This document shows positions 39,901-54,100 of a DNA stretch of 64,000 nucleotides, in pieces. Made by a program: the position numbers and the translations under genes. The notes under the pieces are model-generated. The model ran no database searches and had not been told where the DNA came from. It saw nothing but the letters and a program-made list of their open reading frames with translations. Position 1 is the first letter of the stretch. Each line of letters opens with the position of its first letter. Source of the stretch: the human T2T-CHM13v2.0 reference genome, Homo sapiens; NCBI RefSeq assembly GCF_009914755.1, contig NC_060944.1. One strand, given 5' to 3'.

Positions 39901-42900
39901 CACACAGCAGTTTTGAGACATTCTTTTTGTAGAATCTGAAAGTGGACATTTGGAGTGATTTGAGACATAGGGTGAAAAAGGAATATCTTCCCATAAAAAG
40001 TCGACAGAAGCATTCTCAGAAACGACTTTCTGATTTGTGTACTCAACTCACAGTGTTAAACCTTTCCTTTGATACAGCAGTTCGGAAACACTCTTCTTGG
40101 AGCCTTTACAAGCGGATATAAGGACAGCAGTGAGGATTTCATCGGAAAGGGTATATCTTCACATAAAAGTAGACAGAAGCATTCTCAGAAAGTTCTTTGT
40201 AATGTGTGCATTCAACTGACAGTGTTGAAACTTTCTTTTGATAGAGCAGATTGGAAGCCCTCTTTTTGTAGAATTTGAAAGTGGATATCTGGACAGCTTT
40301 GAGGCCTTCCCTGGAAACGAGTGTATCTTCACATAAACACTAGACAGAAGCATCCTCAGAAACTTGTTGGTGATGCTTACATTCAACTCACAGAATTGAA
40401 CGTTTCTTTTCCTAGAGCAGTCTTGAAACACTCTTTTTGTAGTATCTGGAAGTGGACATTTGGAGCACTTTGAGGCCTAGGGTGAAAAAGGAAATAGCTT
40501 CACATAAAAACTAGACAGAAGCATTCTCTGAAACTTCTTTGTGATGTGTGTACTCAACTCACAGAGTTGAACTTTTCTTCTCATAGACCAGATTTGAAAC
40601 CCTCTTTTTGTAGAGTCTGCAAGTTCATATTTGGATAGCTTTGAGGATTTCATTCGAAACGGGAATATCTTCCCATAAAAACGAGAAAGAAGCATTCTCA
40701 GAAACTTCTTTGTGATGCTTGCATTCAACACACAGAGTTGAACATTCCCTTTCATACAGCAGTTTTGAAACACTCTTTTTGTAGTATCTGGAAGTGGACC
40801 TTTGGAGTGCTTTGAGGCCTAGGGTGAAAAAGGAAATACCCTCACCTAATAAGTAGACAGAAGCATTCTCAGAAACTTCTTAGTGATGTGTGTAGTCAAC
40901 TCACAGAGTTTAACCATTCTTTTGATACAGCAGTTTTGAAACACTCTTTTTGTAGAATCTGCAAGTGGTTATTTTGATAGCTTTGAGGCTTTGATTGGAA
41001 ACGGTAATATCTTCACATAAAAACTAGACAGAAGCATTCTCAGAAACTCCTTTATGCAGTTTGCATTCAACTCACAGAGTTGAACTTTCCGTTCCATACA
41101 GCAGTTTTGAAACTCTCTTTTTCTAGAATCTGTAAGTGGAAACTTGGAGCGCTTCGAGGCCTATGGTGAAAAAGGGAATATCTTCCCATAAAAAGTACAC
41201 AGAAGAATGCTCAGTAACTACTTTGTGATGTGTGTACTCAACTCACAGAGTTGAACTTTTCTTTTGAAAGAGAAGTATTGAAACACTCTTTTTGTAGAAT
41301 CTGCAAATGGGTATTTAGCCTGCTTTGAGGCCTTCATTGGAAACGGGAATATCTTCACATAAAACTAGAAAGAAGCATTCTCAGAAACTTCGTTGTGATG
41401 TGTGCATTCAACTCCCAGAGTTGAACCTCTCTTTTGATAGAGCAGTTCTGAAACAATCTTTTTGTGGTATCTGGAAGTGGACGTTTGGAGCGACTCGAGG
41501 CCTATGGTGAAAAAGGCAATATCTTCACCTAAAAACTAGACAGAAGCATTCTCAGAAACTGCTTTGTGATATGTGTAGCCAACTCACGGAGTTGAAACTT
41601 GGTTTTGATGCAGCAGTTTTGAAACACTCTTTTTGTTAGAATGTTCAAGTGGATATTTGGATAGCTTTGAGGCTTTCATTGGAAACGGGAATATCTACAC
41701 ATAAGAACTAGACAGAAGCATTCTCAGAAAGTTCTTTATGAAGTTCGCATTCAACTCACAGAGTTGTACCTTCCTTTTCACACAGCAGTTTTGAGACATT
41801 CTTTTTGTAGAATCTGCAAGTGGACATTTGGAGTGATTTGAGACATAGGGTGAAAAAGGAATATCTTCCCATAAAATGTAGACAGAAGCATTCTCAGAAA
41901 CGACTTTCTGATTTGTGTACTCAACTCACAGAGTTAACCCTTTCCTTTGATACAGTAGTTTGCAAACACTCTTCTTGTAGAATTTGCAAGCAGATATAAG
42001 GACAGCAGTGAGGATTTCATCGGAAACGGAATATCTTCACATAAAAGTAGACAGAAGCATTCTCAGAAAGTTCTTTGTAATGTGTGCATTCATCTCACAG
42101 AGTTGAATCTGTCTTTGATAGAGCAGATTGGAAGCCCTCTTTTTGTAGAATTTGCAAGTGGATATCTGGACAGCTTTGAGGCCTTCCCTGGAAACGAGTG
42201 TATCTTCACATAAACACTAGACAGAAGCATCCTCAGAAACTTGTTGGTGATGCTTGCATTCAACTCACAGAATTGAACATTAATTTTCCTAGAGCAGTTT
42301 TGAAACACTCTTTTTGTAGTATCTGGAAGTGGACATTTGGAGCACTTTGAGGCCTAGGGTGAAAAAGGAAATAGCTTCACATAAAAACTAGACAGAAGCA
42401 TTCTTCAAACTTCTTTGTGAAGTGTGTACTCAACTCACAGAGTTGAACTTTTCTTCTCATAGATCAGATTTGAAACCCTCTTTTTGTAGAGTCTGCAAGT
42501 GCATATTTGGATAGCTTTGAGGATTTCATTGGACACGGGAATATCTTCCCATAAAAACTAGAAAGAAGCATTCTCAGAAACTTCTTTGTGATGCTTGCAT
42601 TCAACTCACAGAGTTGAACATTCCCTTTCATACAGCAGTTTGGAAACACTCTTTTTCTAGAATCTGGAAGTGGACCTTTGGAGTGCTTTGAGGCCTATGG
42701 TGAAAAAGGAAATATCCTCACCTAAGAATTAGACAGAAGCATTCTCAGAAACTTCTTTGTGATGTGTGTAGTCAACTCACAGAGTTGAACCTTTCTTTTG
42801 ATACAGCAGTTTTGAAACACTCTTTTTGTAGAATCTGCAAGTGGTTATTTTGATAGCTTTGAGGCTTTGATTGGAAACGGGAATATCTTCACATAAAAAC

Positions 42901-44786
42901 TAGACAGAAGCATTCTCAGAAACTTCTTTATGAAGTTTGCATTCAACTCACAGAGTTGAACTTTCCGTTCCATACAGCAGTTTTGAAACTCTCTTTTTCT
43001 AGAATCTGTAAGTGGAAACTTGGAGCGCTTCGAGGCCTATGGTGAAAAAGGGAATATCTTCCAATAAAAAGTAGACAGAAGAATGCTCAGTAACTACTTT
43101 GTGATGTGTGTACTCAACTCACAGAGTTGAAGTTTTCTTTTGAAAGACAAGTTTTGAAACACTCTTTTTGTAGCATCTGCAAATGGGTATGTAGCCTGCT
43201 TTGAGGCCTTCATTGGAAACGGGAATATCTTCACATAAAACTAGACAGAAGCATTCTCAGAAACTTCGTTGTGATGTGTGCATTCTACTCCCAGAGTTGA
43301 ACCTCCCTTTTGATAACGCAGTTCTGAAACAATCTTTTTGTGGTATCTGGAAGTGGACGTTTGGAGCGATTCGAGGCCTATGGTGAAAAAGGCAATATCT
43401 TCACCTAAAAACTAGACAGAAGCATTCTCAGAAACTACTTTGTGATATGTGTAGTCAACTCACGGAGTTGAAACTTTGTTTTGATGCAGCAGTTTTGAAA
43501 CACTCTTTTTGTTAGAATCTTCAAGTGGATATTTGGATAGCTTTGAGGCTTTCATTGGAAACGGGAATATCTACACATAAGAACTAGACAGAAGCATTCT
43601 CAGAAAGTTCTTTATGAAGTTCACATTCAACTCACAGAGTTGTACCTTCCTTTTCACACAGTAGTTTTGAGTCATTCTTTTTGTAGAATCTGCAAGTGGA
43701 CATTTGGAGTGATTTGAGACATAGTGTGAAAAAGGAATATCTTCCCATTAAAAGTCGACAGAAGCATTCTCAGAAAAGAGTTTCTGATTTGTGTACTCAA
43801 CTCACAGAGTTAAATCTTTCCTTTGATACAGCAGTTTGGAAACACTCTTCTTGTAGAATTTGCAAGCGGATATAAGGACAGCAGTGAGGATTTCATCGGA
43901 AACGGAATATCTTCACATAAAAGTAGACAGAAGCATTCTCAGAAAGTTCTTTGTAATGTGTGCATTCAACTCACAGAGTTGAAACTGTCTTTGATAGAGC
44001 AGATTGGAAGCCCTCTTTTTGAAGAATTTGCAAGTGGATATCTGGAGAGCTTTGAGGCCTTCCCTGGAAACGAGTGTATCTTCACATAAACACTAGACAG
44101 AAGCATCCTCAGAAACTTGTTGGTGATGCTTGCATTCAACTCACAGAATTGAACATTTCTTTTCCTAGAGCAGTTTTGAAACACTCCTTTTGTAGTATCT
44201 GGATGTGGACATTTGGAGCACTTTGAGGCCTAGGGTGAAAAAGGAAATAGCTTCACATAAAAACTAGACAGAAGCATTCTTCAAACTTCTTTGTGAAGTG
44301 TGTACTCAACTCACAGAGTTGAACTTTTCTTCTCATAGATCAGATTTGAAACCCTCTTTTTGTAGAGTCTGCAAGTGCATATTTGGATAGCTTTGAGGAT
44401 TTCATTGGAAACGGGAATATCTTCCCATAAAAACTAGAAAGAATCATTCTCAGAAACTTCTTTGTGATGCTTGCATTCAACTCACAGAGTTGAACATTCC
44501 CTTTCATACAGCAGTTTGGAAACACTCTTTTTCTAGAATCTGGAATTGGACCTTTGGAGTGCTTTGAGGCCTAGGGTGAAAAAGGAAATATCCTCACCTA
44601 AGAATTAGACAGAAGTATTCTCAGAAACTTCTTTGTGATGTGTGTAGTCAACTCACAGAGTTGAACCTTTCTTTTGATACAGCAGTTTTGAAACACTCTT
44701 TTTGTAGAATCTGCAAGTGGTTATTTTGATAGCTTTGAGGCTTTGATTGGAAACGGGAATATCTTCACATAAAAACTAGACAGAAG

Positions 44787-47004
44787 CATTCTCAGAAACT
44801 TCTTTATGAAGTTTGCATTCAACTCACAGAGTTGAACTTTCCGTTCCATACAGCAGTTTTGAAACTCCCTTTTCTAGAATCTGTAAGTGGAAACTTGGAG
44901 CACTTCGAGGCCTATGGTGAAAAAGGAAATATCTTCCCATAAAAAGTAGACAGAAGAATTCTCAGTAACTACTTTGTGATGTGTGTACTCAACTGACAGA
45001 GTTGAACTTTTCTTTTGAAAGAGAAGTTTTGAAACACTCTTTTTGTAGCATCTGCAAATGTGTATGTAGCCTGCTTTGAGGCCTTCATTGGAAACGGGAA
45101 TATCTTCACATAAAACTAGACAGAAGCATTCTCAGAAACTACGTTGTGATGTGTGCATTCAACTCCCAGAGTTGAACCTCTCTTTTGATAGAGCAGTTCT
45201 GAAACAATCTTTTTGTGGTATCTGGAAGTGGACGTTTGGAGCGATTCGAGGCCTATGGTGAAAAAGGCAATATCTTCACCTAAAAACTAGACAGAAGCAT
45301 TCTCAGAAACTGCTTTGTGATATGTGTAGTCAACTCACGGAGTTGAAACTTTGTTTTGATGCAGCAGTTTTGAAACACTGTTTTTGTTAGAATCTTCAAG
45401 TGGATATTTGGATAGCTTTGAGGCTTTCATTGGAAACGGGAATATCTACACATAAGAACTAGACAGAAGCATTCTCAGAAAGTTCTTTATGAAGTTCGCA
45501 TTCAACTCACAGAGTTGTACCTTCCTTTTCACACAGCAGTTTTGAGACATTCTTTTTGTAGAATCTGCAAGTGGACATTTGGAGTGATTTGAGACATAGG
45601 GTGAAAACGGAATATCTTCCCATAAAAAGTAGACAGAAGCATTCTCAGAAACGACTTTCTGATTTGTGTACTCAACTCACAGAGTTAAACCTTTCCTTTG
45701 ATACAGCAGTCCGGAAACACTCTTCTTGTAGACTTTACAAGCGGATATAAGGACAGCAGTGAGGATTTCATCGGATACGGAATATCTTCACATAAAAGTA
45801 GACAGAAGCATTCTCAGAAAGTTCTTTGTAATGTGTGCATTCAACTCACAGAGTTGAAAGTTTCTTTTGATACACCAGATTGGAAGCCTTCTTTTGGTAG
45901 AATTTGCAAGTGGATATCTGGACAGCTTTGAGGCCTTCCATGCAAACGAGTGTATCTTCACATAAACACTAGACAGAAGCAACCTCAGAAACTTGTTGGT
46001 GATGCTTGCATTCAACTCAGAGAATTGAACGTTTCTTTTTCTAGAGTTTTTTTGAAACACTCTTTTTGTAGTATCTGGAAGTGGACATTTGGAGCACTTT
46101 GAGGCCTAGGGTGAAAAAGGAATTATCTTCACATAAAAACTAGACAGAAGCATTCTCTGAAACTTCTTTGTGATGTGTGTACTCAACTCACAGAGTTGAA
46201 CTTTTCTTCTCATAGATCAGATTTGAAACCCACTTTTTGTATAGTCTGCAAGTGCATATTTGGATAGCTTTGAGGATTTCATTGGAAACTGGAATATCTT
46301 CCCATAAAAACTAGAAAGAATCATTCTCAGAAACTTCTTTGTGATGCTTGCATTCAACACACAGAGTTGAACATTCCCTTTCATACAGCAGTTTTGAAAC
46401 ACTCTTTTTGTAGTATCTGGAAGTGGACATTTGGAGCACTTTGAGGCCTAGGGTGAAAAAGGAAATATCTTCACATAAAACTAGACAGAAGCATTCTCTG
46501 AAACTTCTTTGTGATGTGTGTACTCAACTCAGAGAGTTGAACTTTTCTTCTCATAGACCAGATTTGAAACCCTCTTTTTGTAGAGTCTGCAATTTCATAT
46601 TTGGATAGCTTTGAGGATTTCATTGGAAACGGGAATATCTTCCCATAAAAACTAGAAAGAAGCATTCTCAGAAACTTCTTTGTGATGCTTGCATTCAACA
46701 CACAGAGTTGAACATTCCCTTTCATAGAGCAGTTTTGAAACACTCTTTTTGTAGTATCTGGAAGTGGACCTTTGGAGCGCTTTGAGGCCTAGGGTGAAAA
46801 AGGAAATACCCTCACCTAAAAAGTAGACAGAAGCATTCTCAGAAACTTCTTAGTGATGTGTGTAGTCAACTCACAGAGTTTAACCATTCTTTTGATACAG
46901 CAGTTTTGAAACACTCTTTTTGTAGAATCTGCAAGTGGTTATTTTGATAGCTTTGAGGCTTTGATTGGAAACGGTAATATCTTCACATAAAAACTAGACA
47001 GAAG
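44787..47004 (+). repeat. 13-mer HOR variant (m1-m8, m9a, hybrid m10/m8, m9b, m10, m11), 2218 bp
   Basis: Two m9 monomers (~46150 and ~46492) are separated by a monomer with an m10 front and an m8 tail (GGACATTTGGAGCACTTTG). Anchor spacing 45076 to 47295 is 2219. Confidence 0.93.
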
Positions 47005-48883
47005 CATTCTCAGAAACTTCTTTATGCAGTTTGCATTCAACTCACAGAGTTGAACTTTCCGTTCCATACAGCAGTTTTGAAACTCTCTTTTTCTAGAATC
47101 TGTAAGTGGAAACTTGGAGCGCTTCGAGGCCTATGGTGAAAAAGGGAATATCTTCCCATAAAAAGTACACAGAAGAATGCTCAGTAACTACTTTGTGATG
47201 TGTGTATTCAACTCACAGAGTTGAACTTTTCTTTTGAAAGAGAAGTATTGAAACACTCTTTTTGTAGAATCTGCAAATGGGTATTTAGCCTGCTTTGAGG
47301 CCTTCATTGGAAACGGGAATATCTTCACATAAAACTAGACAGAAGCATTCTCAGAAACTTCGTTGTGATGTGTGCATTCAACTCCCAGAGTTGAACCTCT
47401 CTTTTGATAGAGCAGTTCTGAAACAATCTTTTTGTGGTATCTGGAAGTGGACGTTTGGAGCGATTCGAGGCCTATGGTGAAAAAGGCAATATCTTCACCT
47501 AAAAACTAGACAGAAGCATTCTCAGAAACTGCTTTGTGATATGTGTAGTCAACTCACGGAGTTGAAACTTGGTTTTGATGCAGCAGTTTTGAAACACTCT
47601 TTTTGTTAGAATCTTCAAGTGGATATTTGGATAGCTTTGAGGCTTTCATTGGAAACGGGAATATCTACACATAAGAACTAGACAGAAGAATTCTCAGAAA
47701 GTTCTTTATGAAGTTCGCATTCAACTCACAGAGTTGTACCTTCCTTTTCACACAGCAGTTTTGAGACATTCTTTTTGTAGAATCTGCAAGTGGACATTTG
47801 GAGTGATTTGAGACATAGGGTGAAAAAGGAATAACTTCCCATTAAAAGTAGACAGAAACATTCTCAGAAACGACTTTCCGATTTGTGTATTCAACTCACA
47901 GAGTTAAACCTTTCCTTTGATACAGCCGTTTTTTAAACACTCTTCTTGTAGAATTTACAAGCGGATATAAGGACAGCAGTGAGGATTTCATCGGAAACGG
48001 AATATCTTCACATAAAAGTAGACAGAAGCATTCTCAGAAAGTTCTTTGTAATGTGTGCATTCAACTCACAGAGTTGAAACTTTCTTTTGATAGAGCAGAT
48101 TGGAAGCCCTCTTTTTGAAGAATTTGCAGGTGGATATCTGGACAGCTTTGAGGCCTTCCCGGGAAACTAGTGTATCTTCACATAAACACTAGACAGAAGC
48201 ATCCTCAGAAACTTGTTGGTGATGCTTGCATTCAACTCACGGAATTGAATATTTCTTTTCCTAGAGCAGTTTTGAAACACTCTTTTTGTAGTATCTGGAA
48301 GTGGACATTTTGAGCAGTTTGAGGCCTAGGGTGAAAAAGGAAATAGCTTCACATAAAAACTAGACAGAAGCATTCTCTGAAACTTCTTTGTGATGTGTGT
48401 ACTCAACTCACAGAGTTGAACTTTTCTTCTCATAGATCAGATTTGAAACCCTCTTTTTGTAGAGTCTGCAAGTGCATAATTGGATAGCTTTGAGGATTTC
48501 ATTGGAAACGGGAATATCTTCCCATAAAAACTAGAAAGAAGCATTCTCAGAAACTTCTTTGTGATGCTTGCATTCAACTCAAAGACTTGAACATTCCCTT
48601 TCATACAGCAGTTTGGAAACACTCTTTTTCTAGAATCTGGAAGTGGACTTTTGGAGCGCTTTGAGGCCTAGGGTGAAAAAGGAAATATCCTCACCTAAGA
48701 ACTAGACAGAAGCATTCTCAGAAGCTTCTTTGTGATGTGTGTAGTCAACTGACAGATTTGAACCTTTCTTTTGATACAGCAGTTTTGAAACACTCTTTTT
48801 GTAGAATCTGCAAGTGGTTATTTTGATAGCTTTGAGGCTTTGATTGGAAACGGGAGTATCTTCACATAAAAACTAGACAGAAG

Positions 48884-51102
48884 CATTCTCAGAAACTTCT
48901 TTATGAAGTTTGCATTCAACTCACAGAGTTGAACTTTCCGTTCCATACAGCAGTTTTGAAACTCTCTTTTTGTAGAATCTGTAAGTGGAAACTTGGAGCG
49001 CTTCGAGGCCTATGGTGAAAAAGGGAATATCTTCCCATAAAAAGTAGACAGAAGAATTCTCAGTAAGTACTGTGTGATGTGTGTACTCAACTCACAGAGT
49101 TGAACTTTTCTTTAGAAAGAGAAGTTTTGAAACACTCTTTTTGTAGAATCTGCAAATGGGTATTTAGCCTGCTTTGAGGCCTTCATTGGAAACGGGAATA
49201 TCTTCACATAAAACTAGACAGAAGCATTCTCAGAAACTTCGTTGTGATGTGTGCATTCAACTCCTAGAATTGAACCTCTCTTTTGATAGAGCAGTTCGGA
49301 AACAATCTTTTTGTGGTAACTGGAAGTGGACGTTTGGAGCGATTCGAGGCCTATGGTGAAAAAGGCAATATCTTCACCTAAAAACTAGACAGAAGCATTC
49401 TCAGAAACTGCATTGTGATATGTGTAGTCAAGTCACGGAGTTGAAACTTGGTTTTGATGCAGCAGTTTTGAAACACTCTTTTTGTTAGAATCTTCAAGTG
49501 GATATTTGGATAGCTTTGAGGCTTTCATTGGAAACGGGAATATCTGCACATAAGAACTAGAGAGAAGCATTCTCAGAAAGTTCTTTATGAAGTTCGCATT
49601 CAACTCACAGAGTTGTACCTTCCTTTTCACACAGCAGTTTTGAGACATTCTTTTTGTAGAATCTGCAAGTGGACATTTGGAGTGATTTGAGACATAGGGT
49701 GAAAACGGAATATCTTCCCATAAAAAGTCGACAGAAGCATTCTCAGAAACGACTTTCTGATTTGTGTACTCAACTCACAGAGTTAAACCTTTCCTTTGAT
49801 ACAGCAGTTCGGAAACACTCTTCTTGTAGACTTTACAAGCGGATATAAGGACAGCAGTGAGGATTTCATCGGAAACGGAATATCTTCACATAAAAGTAGA
49901 CAGAAGCATTCTCAGAAAGTTCTTTGTAATGTGTGCATTCAACTCACAGAGTTGAAAGTTTCTTTTGATACACCAGATTGGAAGCCTTCTTTTTGTAGAA
50001 TTTGCAAGTGGATATCTGGACAGCTTTGAGGCCTTCCATGCAAACGAGTGTATCTTCACATAAACACTAGACAGAAGCAACCTCAGAAACTTGTTGGTGA
50101 TGCTTGCATTCAACTCAGAGAATTGAACGTTTCTTTTCCTAGAGTTTTTTTGAAACACTCTTTTTGTAGTATCTGGAAGTGGACATTTGGAGCACTTTGA
50201 GGCCTAGGGTGAAAAAGGAATTATCTTCACATAAAAACTAGAGAGAAGCATTCTCTGAAACTTCTTTGTGATGTGTGTACTCAACTCACAGAGTTGAACT
50301 TTTCTTCTCATAGATCAGATTTGAAACCCACTTTTTGTATAGTCTGGAAGTGCATATTTGGATAGCTTTGAGGATTTCATTGGAAACTGGAATATCTTCC
50401 CATAAAAACTAGAAAGAAGCATTCTCAGAAACTTCTTTGTGATGCTTGCATTCAACACACAGAGTTGAACATTCCCTTTCATACAGCAGTTTTGAAACAC
50501 TCTTTTTGTAGTATCTGGAAGTGGACATTTGGAGCACTTTGAGGCCTAGGGTGAAAAAGGAAATATCTTCACATAAAACTAGACAGAAGCATTCTCTGAA
50601 ACTTCTTTGTGATGTGTGTACTCAACTCACAGAGTTGAACTTTTCTTCTCATAGACCAGATTTGAAACCCTCTTTTTGTAGAGTCTGCAATTTCATATTT
50701 GGATAGCTTTGAGGATTTCATTGGAAACGGGAATATCTTCCCATAAAAACTAGAAAGAAGCATTCTCAGAAACTTCTTTGTGATGCTTGCATTCAACACA
50801 CAGAGTTGAACATTCCCTTTCATACAGCAGTTTTGAAACACTCTTTTTGTAGTATCTGGAAGTGGACCTTTGGAGCGCTTTGAGGCCTAGGGTGAAAAAG
50901 GAAATACCCTCACCTAAAAAGTAGACAGAAGCATTCTCAGAAACTTCTTAGTGATGTGTGTAGTCAACTCACAGAGTTTAACCATTCTTTTGATACAGCA
51001 GTTTTGAAACACTCTTTTTGTAGAATCTGCAAGTGGTTATTTGGATAGCTTTGAGGCTTTGATTGGAAACGGTAATATCTTCACATAAAAACTAGACAGA
51101 AG
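48884..51102 (+). repeat. 13-mer HOR variant, second copy, 2219 bp
   Basis: Same duplicated m9-m10 dimer, 4098 bp downstream (46217/50315, 46423/50521). Confidence 0.93.
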
Positions 51103-54100
51103 CATTCTCAGAAACTTCTTTATGCAGTTTGCATTCAACTCACAGAGTTGAACTTTCCGTTCCATACAGCAGTTTTGAAACTCTCTTTTTCTAGAATCTG
51201 TAAGTGGAAACTTGGAGCGCTTCGAGGCCTATGGTGAAAAAGGGAATATCTTCCAATAAAAAGTAGACAGAAGAATGCTCAGTAACTACTTTGTGATGTG
51301 TGTACTCAACTCACAGAGTTGAAGTTTTCTTTTGAAAGACAAGTTTTGAAACACTCTTTTTGTAGCATCTGCAAATGGGTATGTAGCCTGCTTTGAGGCC
51401 TTCATTGGAAACGGGAATATCTTCACATAAAACTAGACAGAAGCATTCTCAGAAACTTCGTTGTGATGTGTGCATTCAACTCCCAGAGTTGAACCTCCCT
51501 TTTGATAGAGCAGTTCTGAAACAATCTTTTTGTGGTATCTGGAAGTGGACGTTTGGAGCGATTCGAGGCCTATGGTGAAAAAGGCAATATCTTCACCTAA
51601 AAACTAGACAGAAGCATTCTCAGAAACTACTTTGTGATATGTGTAGTCAACTCACGGAGTTGAAACTTTGTTTTGATGCAGCAGTTTTGAAACACTCTTT
51701 TTGTTAGAATCTTCAAGTGGATATTTGGATAGCTTTGAGGCTTTCATTGGAAACGGGAATATCTACACATAAGAACTACACAGAAGCATTCTCAGAAAGT
51801 TCTTTATGAAGTTCGCATTCAACTCACAGAGTTGTACCTTCCTTTTCACACAGTAGTTTTGAGTCATTCTTTTTGTAGAATCTGCAAGTGGACATTTGGA
51901 GTGATTTGAGACATAGTGTGAAAAAGGAATATCTTCCCATTAAAAGTCGATAGAAGCATTCTCAGAAAAGACTTTCTGATTTGTGTACTCAACTCACAGA
52001 GTTAAAACTTTCCTTTGATACAGCAGTTTGGAAACACTCTTCTTGTAGAATTTGCAAGCGGATATAAGGACAGCAGTGAGGATTTCATCGGAAACGGAAT
52101 ATCTTCACATAAAAGTAGACAGAAGCATTCTCAGAAAGTTCTTTGTAATGTGTGCATTCAACTCACAGAGTTGAAACTGTCTTTGATAGAGCAGATTGGA
52201 AGCCCTCTTTTTGAAGAATTTGCAAGTGGATATCTGGACAGCTTTGAGGCCTTCCCTGGAAACGAGTGTATCTTCACATAAACACTAGACAGAAGCATCC
52301 TCAGAAACTTGTTGGTGATGCTTGCATTCAACTCACAGAATTGAACATTTCTTTTCCTAGAGCAGTTTTGAAACACTCTTTTTGTAGTATCTGGATGTGG
52401 ACATTTGGAGCACTTTGAGGCCTAGGGTGAAAAAGGAAATAGCTTCACATAAAAACTAGACAGAAGCATTCTTCAAACTTCTTTGTGAAGTGTGTACTCA
52501 ACTCACAGAATTGAACTTTTCTTCTCATAGATCAGATTTGAAACCCTCTTTTTGTAGAGTCTGCAAGTGCATATTTGGATAGCTTTGAGGATTTCATTGG
52601 AAACGGGAATATCTTCCCATAAAAACTAGAAAGAATCATTCTCAGAAACTTCTTTGTGATGCTTGCATTCAACTCACAGAGTTGAACATTCCCTTTCATA
52701 CAGCAGTTTGGAAACACTCTTTTTCTAGAATCTGGAAGTGGACCTTTGGAGCGCTTTGAGGCCTAGGGTGAAAAAGGAAATATCCTCACCTAAGAATTAG
52801 ACAGAAGTATTCTCAGAAACTTCTTTGTGATGTGTGTAGTCAACTCACAGAGTTGAACCTTTCTTTTGATACAGCAGTTTTGAAACACTCTTTTTGTAGA
52901 ATCTGCAAGTGGTTATTATGATAGCTTTGAGGCTTTGATTGGAAACGGGAATATCTTCACATAAAAACTAGACAGAAGCATTCTCAGAAACTTCTTTATG
53001 AAGTTTGCATTCAACTCACAGAGTTGAAATTTCCGTTCCATACAGCAGATTTGAAACTCTCTTTTTCTAGAATCTGTAAGTGGAAACTTGGAGCGCTTCG
53101 AGGCCTATGGTGAAAAAGCGAATATCTTCCCATAAAAAGTAGACAGAATAATTCTCAGTAACTACTTTGTGATGTGTGTACTCAACTCACAGAGTTGAAC
53201 TTTTCTTTAGAAAGAGAAGTTTTGAAACACTCTTTTTGTAGCATCTGCAAATGGGTATGTAGGCTGCTTTGAGGCCTTCATTGGAAACGGGAATATCTTC
53301 ACATAAAACTAGACAGAAGCATTCTCAGAAACTACGTTGTGATGTGTGCATTCAACTCCCAGAGTTGAACCTCTCTTTTGATAGAGCAGTTCTGAAACAA
53401 TCTTTTTGTGGTATCTGGAAGTGGACGTTTGGAGCGATTCGAGGCCTATGGTGAAAAAGGCAATATCTTCACCTAAAAACTAGACAGAACCATTCTCAGA
53501 GACTGCTTTGTGATATGTGTAGTCAACTCACGGAGTTGAAACTTTGTTTTGATGCAGCAGTTTTGAAACACTCTTTTTGTTAGAATCTTCAAGTGGATAT
53601 TTGGATAGCTTTGAGGCTTTCATGGGAAACGGGAATATCTACACATAAGAACTAGACAGAAGCATTCTCAGAAAGTTCTTTATGAAGTTCGCATTCAACT
53701 CACAGAGTTGTACCTTCCTTTTCACACAGCAGTTTTGAGACATTCTTTTTGTAGAATCTGCAAGTGGACATTTGGAGTGATTTGAGACATAGGGTGAAAA
53801 AGGAATAACTCCCCATAAAAAGTAGACAGCAACATTCTCAGAAACGACTTTCCGATTTGTGTATTCAACTCACAGAGTTAAACCTTTCCTTTGATACAGC
53901 CGTTTTTTAAACACACTTCTTGTAGAATTTACAAGCGGATAAAAGGACAGCAGTGAGGATTTCATCGGAAACGGAATATCTTCACATAAAAGTAGACAGA
54001 AGCATTCTCAGAAAGTTCTTTGTAATGTGTGCATTCAACTCACAGAGTTGAAACTTTCTTTTGATAGAGCAGATTGGAAGCCCTCTTTTTGAAGAATTTG

